A DNA stretch of 46,205 nucleotides from positions 744,001-790,205 of the forward strand of contig QPGO01000017.1 in the NCBI GenBank assembly GCA_008632985.1, read 5' to 3'. This document shows, piece after piece, positions 44,161 to 46,205 of this stretch; positions within the stretch are counted from its first letter, which is position 1; the number at the start of each line of letters is the position of its first letter. Below the pieces are notes generated by a model. The model did no database searches, was not told the origin of the DNA, and was given only the letters and a program-made list of their open reading frames with translations. The DNA is from Psammoneis japonica (Eukaryota). Made by a program: the position numbers and the translations under genes.

Positions 44161-46020
44161 TTAGTCATCCCAATCACCGCCGCCTATTGCCGGACGTTCT
44201 GGTATGCTATCGTCAGAATCAGATTGCAGCTCCTCATCATCGTCGCTGTGTTTCCCGTCGTTTTCTATTGACAGAATCTCTTCCTCGTTTTCACCCGTTT
44301 CCTTGTCGTCTTGGTCGACTGCTTTCCCATCCTCTTCTCCAACACCATCAAGATCTTGAGAAACACTTTTGATTCCATCCACGGTTGCAGTTTGCGCTGG
44401 TTCCTCGTCCTTTTTCAACTCTGGAGGGGCCACATAGTGAGGCAACCTACCTCGTTGAAAGTCATGAATGAGCATAATTGCCGCACTTCGAACACAGGGT
44501 TCTCCGCCCTTGAGCAGGCGACCTGACTTGAGTGCAATCAGTTCCATTAGTTCGGTGCTGTTCTTCCACGTCTCATCTCCCTCCTTGGGAAGGCCATACT
44601 GAGCTGCAATGTGCTCGCGTCTCACGTGTTCCTGAATTGCATCGATGAAGTCTTCTGGGTTTTCCAATCGTTCGGCTCGAACCACCCCCTTGAGGACGGA
44701 ATCAATTTCCGTATCTCCTGCTGTATCCACAACGACTCCGGGGCAATCAATTAACGATATCCTCTTGAAAAGTGTAATGTACTGCCAGATTTTTGTTTCT
44801 CCGGGAATGGGTGCAACCTTACAACTCTTTTTAGAGATAAGCGTGTTGATAACGGAAGACTTGCCAACATTTGGATATCCAATGACGCCAACACTGATTT
44901 GCTTCTTGTCTTGGTGAAGCTTTCCGAACTGCCGGAGCAAAGAAATGAGTGCTCCTTTACCGAACGCATGAGTCATACTTGCGTGGAAAGCCACGGTAGG
45001 TCTTGACTTGGACAATTCACCAATCCATCGCTTTGCTACCCAGTTGGGTACAAGGTCAATTTTGTTGAGCACGAATACAAGATGCTTATGCGAGGCATTC
45101 TTGGCAATGTGCCGTTCAATCATGGTGCATCGTGTGCCAGGCACATTTCGCGCGTCGATAATGTGCAGAACAACATCCGAGCAGTCCACCACTTTGAAGA
45201 ACTCGCCCCAGATCCGTTTGGATTGTCCCTTGAGGAACAAGTCGTCCTTCTTTTCTGCACGCCAATCGACACCCTCACCATTTTTGCTTTCGAGATTTGA
45301 GTCTCGGCCCCACGGAACTATACCCTCGCGAGTATTGATGCTTTCGTATGTTTCTGAACTCTTCTGAGCCGCCGCCAATAGTGCACCGTACCCACTGGCA
45401 TCGTTGTCAGGAGCGCGTTGCACCGCCTTTGCTTCTCCACCAACAGCAGTAGTTTCGTTGCTGCTCTCCTCCTCTTGATTGCGTCCCACCAGATACTGAT
45501 CAAGCTTGACTCGTTTCCGCTGGCTCTTGCTTCCAAAGACTCGTTCAAATGGTTCATTTGCCAATAAACCAGCTTTTCTGTTTTGTTTGGCCATTTCCGC
45601 TGCGTCCTGTAAGAGCCCCATGGGAAGTTTCTTTCTCCTGAGAACAACGGAATACGGGTCCGCCACTTTTTCAGACATTTCCTGTCTGAAGCGGTCGAGT
45701 TCTGTCGCTCCCACCACCCGTGTGTTTCCAAACCACCGCCTATCGGGTTCGATACGGCCCGTCGATGACGTAATCTTGGTGTCTCCTGCTCGATCGGACA
45801 TCATAAACTGCCCACCAACAACGGTACCCTCCTTGTTTCGAACAGCCTTGCCATTGTTGTACATCTTGAGCCGTTTTATCGTTTCTGAACTTCTCATGTT
45901 GAGATCCCCGCGCTTGGGTGCAGTGCGATTGGGCTTCGACGACGCCCTCGACTTGGGCAACATGTTCGTCTTGCCCTTGTTGGGCATTTGCTTCGTGTAC
46001 TTCCATCCTGTCTTGGGCAT
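44161..46020 (-). CDS. NOG2: Nucleolar GTP-binding protein 2 (NOG2/GNL2), 60S biogenesis GTPase
   Basis: NGP1NT RIEPDRRWFGNTRV, KGQSKRIWGEFFKVVDCSDV, G4 NKID, G1 GYPNVGKS, G2 PGETK and G3 DCPG (circularly permuted GTPase). Confidence 0.96.
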   Translation of the reverse strand: MPKTGWKYTKQMPNKGKTNMLPKSRASSKPNRTAPKRGDLNMRSSETIKRLKMYNNGKAVRNKEGTVVGGQFMMSDRAGDTKITSSTGRIEPDRRWFGNTRVVGATELDRFRQEMSEKVADPYSVVLRRKKLPMGLLQDAAEMAKQNRKAGLLANEPFERVFGSKSQRKRVKLDQYLVGRNQEEESSNETTAVGGEAKAVQRAPDNDASGYGALLAAAQKSSETYESINTREGIVPWGRDSNLESKNGEGVDWRAEKKDDLFLKGQSKRIWGEFFKVVDCSDVVLHIIDARNVPGTRCTMIERHIAKNASHKHLVFVLNKIDLVPNWVAKRWIGELSKSRPTVAFHASMTHAFGKGALISLLRQFGKLHQDKKQISVGVIGYPNVGKSSVINTLISKKSCKVAPIPGETKIWQYITLFKRISLIDCPGVVVDTAGDTEIDSVLKGVVRAERLENPEDFIDAIQEHVRREHIAAQYGLPKEGDETWKNSTELMELIALKSGRLLKGGEPCVRSAAIMLIHDFQRGRLPHYVAPPELKKDEEPAQTATVDGIKSVSQDLDGVGEEDGKAVDQDDKETGENEEEILSIENDGKHSDDDEELQSDSDDSIPERPAIGGGDWDD

Positions 46021-46098
46021 GGTGCCGATCTGTTACGACGAGACTCTAGACTCTAGAGAGTTTATGGTGTTGCTGTGTCGTAGAGCAATGATGTGTGT

Positions 46099-46140
46099 TG
46101 TGTTCAGGGTGTGTTCAGGGTGTGTTCAGGGTGTGTTCAG
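46099..46140 (+). repeat. 11-bp minisatellite (TGTGTTCAGGG) x ~3.8 upstream of NOG2
   Basis: Units at 46099, 46110 and 46121, plus a partial unit at 46132. Confidence 0.9.
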
Positions 46141-46205
46141 TGTTCATGTCAGGCCAGGAGCGAGAAGATAGTGGCGTTCAAGCAAGATGCCGCCAATGTT
46201 AGTCT

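Overview
Gene-dense eukaryotic nuclear DNA with short GT-AG introns, most likely from a pennate diatom. That call is inferred from the bipartite plastid presequences, a signal-peptide tandem-SET protein, a CoDi-like Copia remnant, a mitochondrial-type MinD and a three-CRC protein. About 18 intact genes are present: CLU1 (partial), an ISE2-like Ski2 helicase, a tandem-SET methyltransferase, a GT34-like protein, a Hydrolase_4 lipase, COX10, an ART/PARP-like + RING + Deltex-C fusion, a DEAD-box helicase, CARNMT1, an ankyrin-like protein, a BPNT1-like phosphatase, MinD, a CRC/tesmin factor, NOG2 and several unknowns. The most striking signals are: (1) two repeat-like islands (~18.1-18.9 kb and ~26.8-29.4 kb, the second holding a deleted Copia LTR element) that have lost almost every TpA, apparently to TpG/CpA, suggesting a targeted A:T>G:C 'reverse-RIP'-like process; (2) opposite CTAG/TAG-saturated intergenic islands; (3) the single-chain ART-RING-DTC protein; (4) an ATM + FkbM pseudogene cassette bracketed by direct repeats; (5) a recurrent intergenic TACCGGTA palindrome and CHR/E2F-like clusters. 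All calls come from manual reading and motif recall, and all counts are hand counts.
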